Source: a virus
Taxonomy: Duplodnaviria; Caudoviricetes
Reading direction: 5' to 3' (one strand)
IMG/VR virus record: IMGVR_UViG_3300037423_001019
Location: 1-44,899 of that record
Length of the DNA stretch: 44,899 nucleotides
Shown: positions 44,412 to 44,899 of the stretch, piece after piece
Position numbering within the stretch: position 1 is the first letter of the stretch
Layout: each line of letters starts with the position of its first letter
Translations under genes and position numbers: made by a program
Notes under the pieces: generated by a model
What the model saw: the letters and a program-made list of their open reading frames with translations, nothing else
Told to the model about the DNA's origin: nothing
Database searches by the model: none

Positions 44412-44845
44412 GCCGTCTCTCCGCGAGCCTTGGCGAGAGCTCGTTCCGCCGGTTGCGTAGTGAAGCTGTCGGGGCTGTAGTTACCCGCCACTACATCGCG
44501 CATTAGTGCGGCCAGTTCGCTCAGAGTCTCATAAAGCTCCGGCGCTGCTGCGATTAGGCGGGCGTTGGCCAACTCACGAGCAATGGCGCTCGCCGTGTAG
44601 TCTTTGCAGTCCGTGGCGTAGAGAATGTCGTCAAAGCCAGCGCGCCCCTCACCAGAGCGGAGCTTTCCGACGTAGATGCTGCCGCCGAAATGCTCTACGC
44701 CCCAAGGCCCCGGAGTCCACGCTGCGTTAGGGATGCCACTCCGCGAAGACGCGTCAGCGGCTGAGGCCGAAGGCTGGCAGCCCGACGGCGAAGCCGGAAC
44801 GCCCATATCCTGTCCCCCACCCATGCTGGACTGTGAGTTGGTCAT
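44408..44845 (-). CDS. Hypothetical (WTPGPW / NARLIAAAP family); N-terminus encoded by repeat A (antisense)
   Basis: Motifs; ATGA coupling. Confidence 0.75.
   Translation of the reverse strand: MTNSQSSMGGGQDMGVPASPSGCQPSASAADASSRSGIPNAAWTPGPWGVEHFGGSIYVGKLRSGEGRAGFDDILYATDCKDYTASAIARELANARLIAAAPELYETLSELAALMRDVVAGNYSPDSFTTQPAERALAKARGETA
44722..44805 (+). repeat. Dispersed hairpin element, copy A
   Basis: GGG-A-TGCCA/TGGCA-G-CCC stem; GCCGAAGGC, GGCGAAGCC; CGCCCA. Confidence 0.8.
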
Positions 44846-44899
44846 GACAGCCAACCCATGAGGAAGAAGAACGCGAGCCACGCCAAGCAGGAGATCGCC
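44773..44899. repeat. Terminal direct repeat, copy 2
   Basis: Identical to 1-127. Confidence 0.95.

Noticed and set aside
36560-44845. Two TPxPW/NAxLIAAAP paralogues as a special system
   Set aside because: A common small phage family that often occurs in several copies; nothing further supports it.
1-44899. Stop-codon reassignment
   Set aside because: Core genes are intact under the standard code and all three stop codons are used.

Overview
This window looks like a complete, circularly assembled temperate phage genome of about 44,772 bp; positions 1-127 are repeated exactly at 44773-44899, most likely as assembler k-mer overlap. It has a lambdoid control layout and podovirus-type (P22/SU10-like) morphogenesis genes. 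The host is inferred to be an alphaproteobacterium, probably Sphingomonadaceae, from a tRNA-Cys attP, GAAC-N7-GAAC LexA boxes and a NepR-like gene. Layout: immunity region with cI/cro and TGTGCA-N5-TGCACA operators (1.2-1.9 kb); replication and late-control genes (2.5-7.1 kb); a pre-terminase accessory cassette (7.3-11.6 kb); packaging, head, tail and ejection genes (11.6-31.2 kb); a FkbM moron; a lysis region (32.1-35.6 kb); and a long leftward early region with Erf, NinB, xis, int and attP (35.6-44.9 kb, continuing at 1-1.2 kb). Main signals the ORF track misses: (1) a family of at least 7 full and 2 partial ~85-nt dispersed elements with covarying stems, conserved A-G mismatches and c-GAA-g DNA-type loops, confined to the early region, present in both orientations and often translated as protein ends; (2) a 38-aa phage-borne NepR-like anti-sigma factor; (3) a likely programmed +1 frameshift joining an ejection protein to a lytic transglycosylase; (4) an attP carrying the 5' half of tRNA-Cys; (5) two late promoters sharing a 19-nt element; (6) leaderless lysogenic genes. 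All protein family calls come from motif recognition by eye, without database searches.
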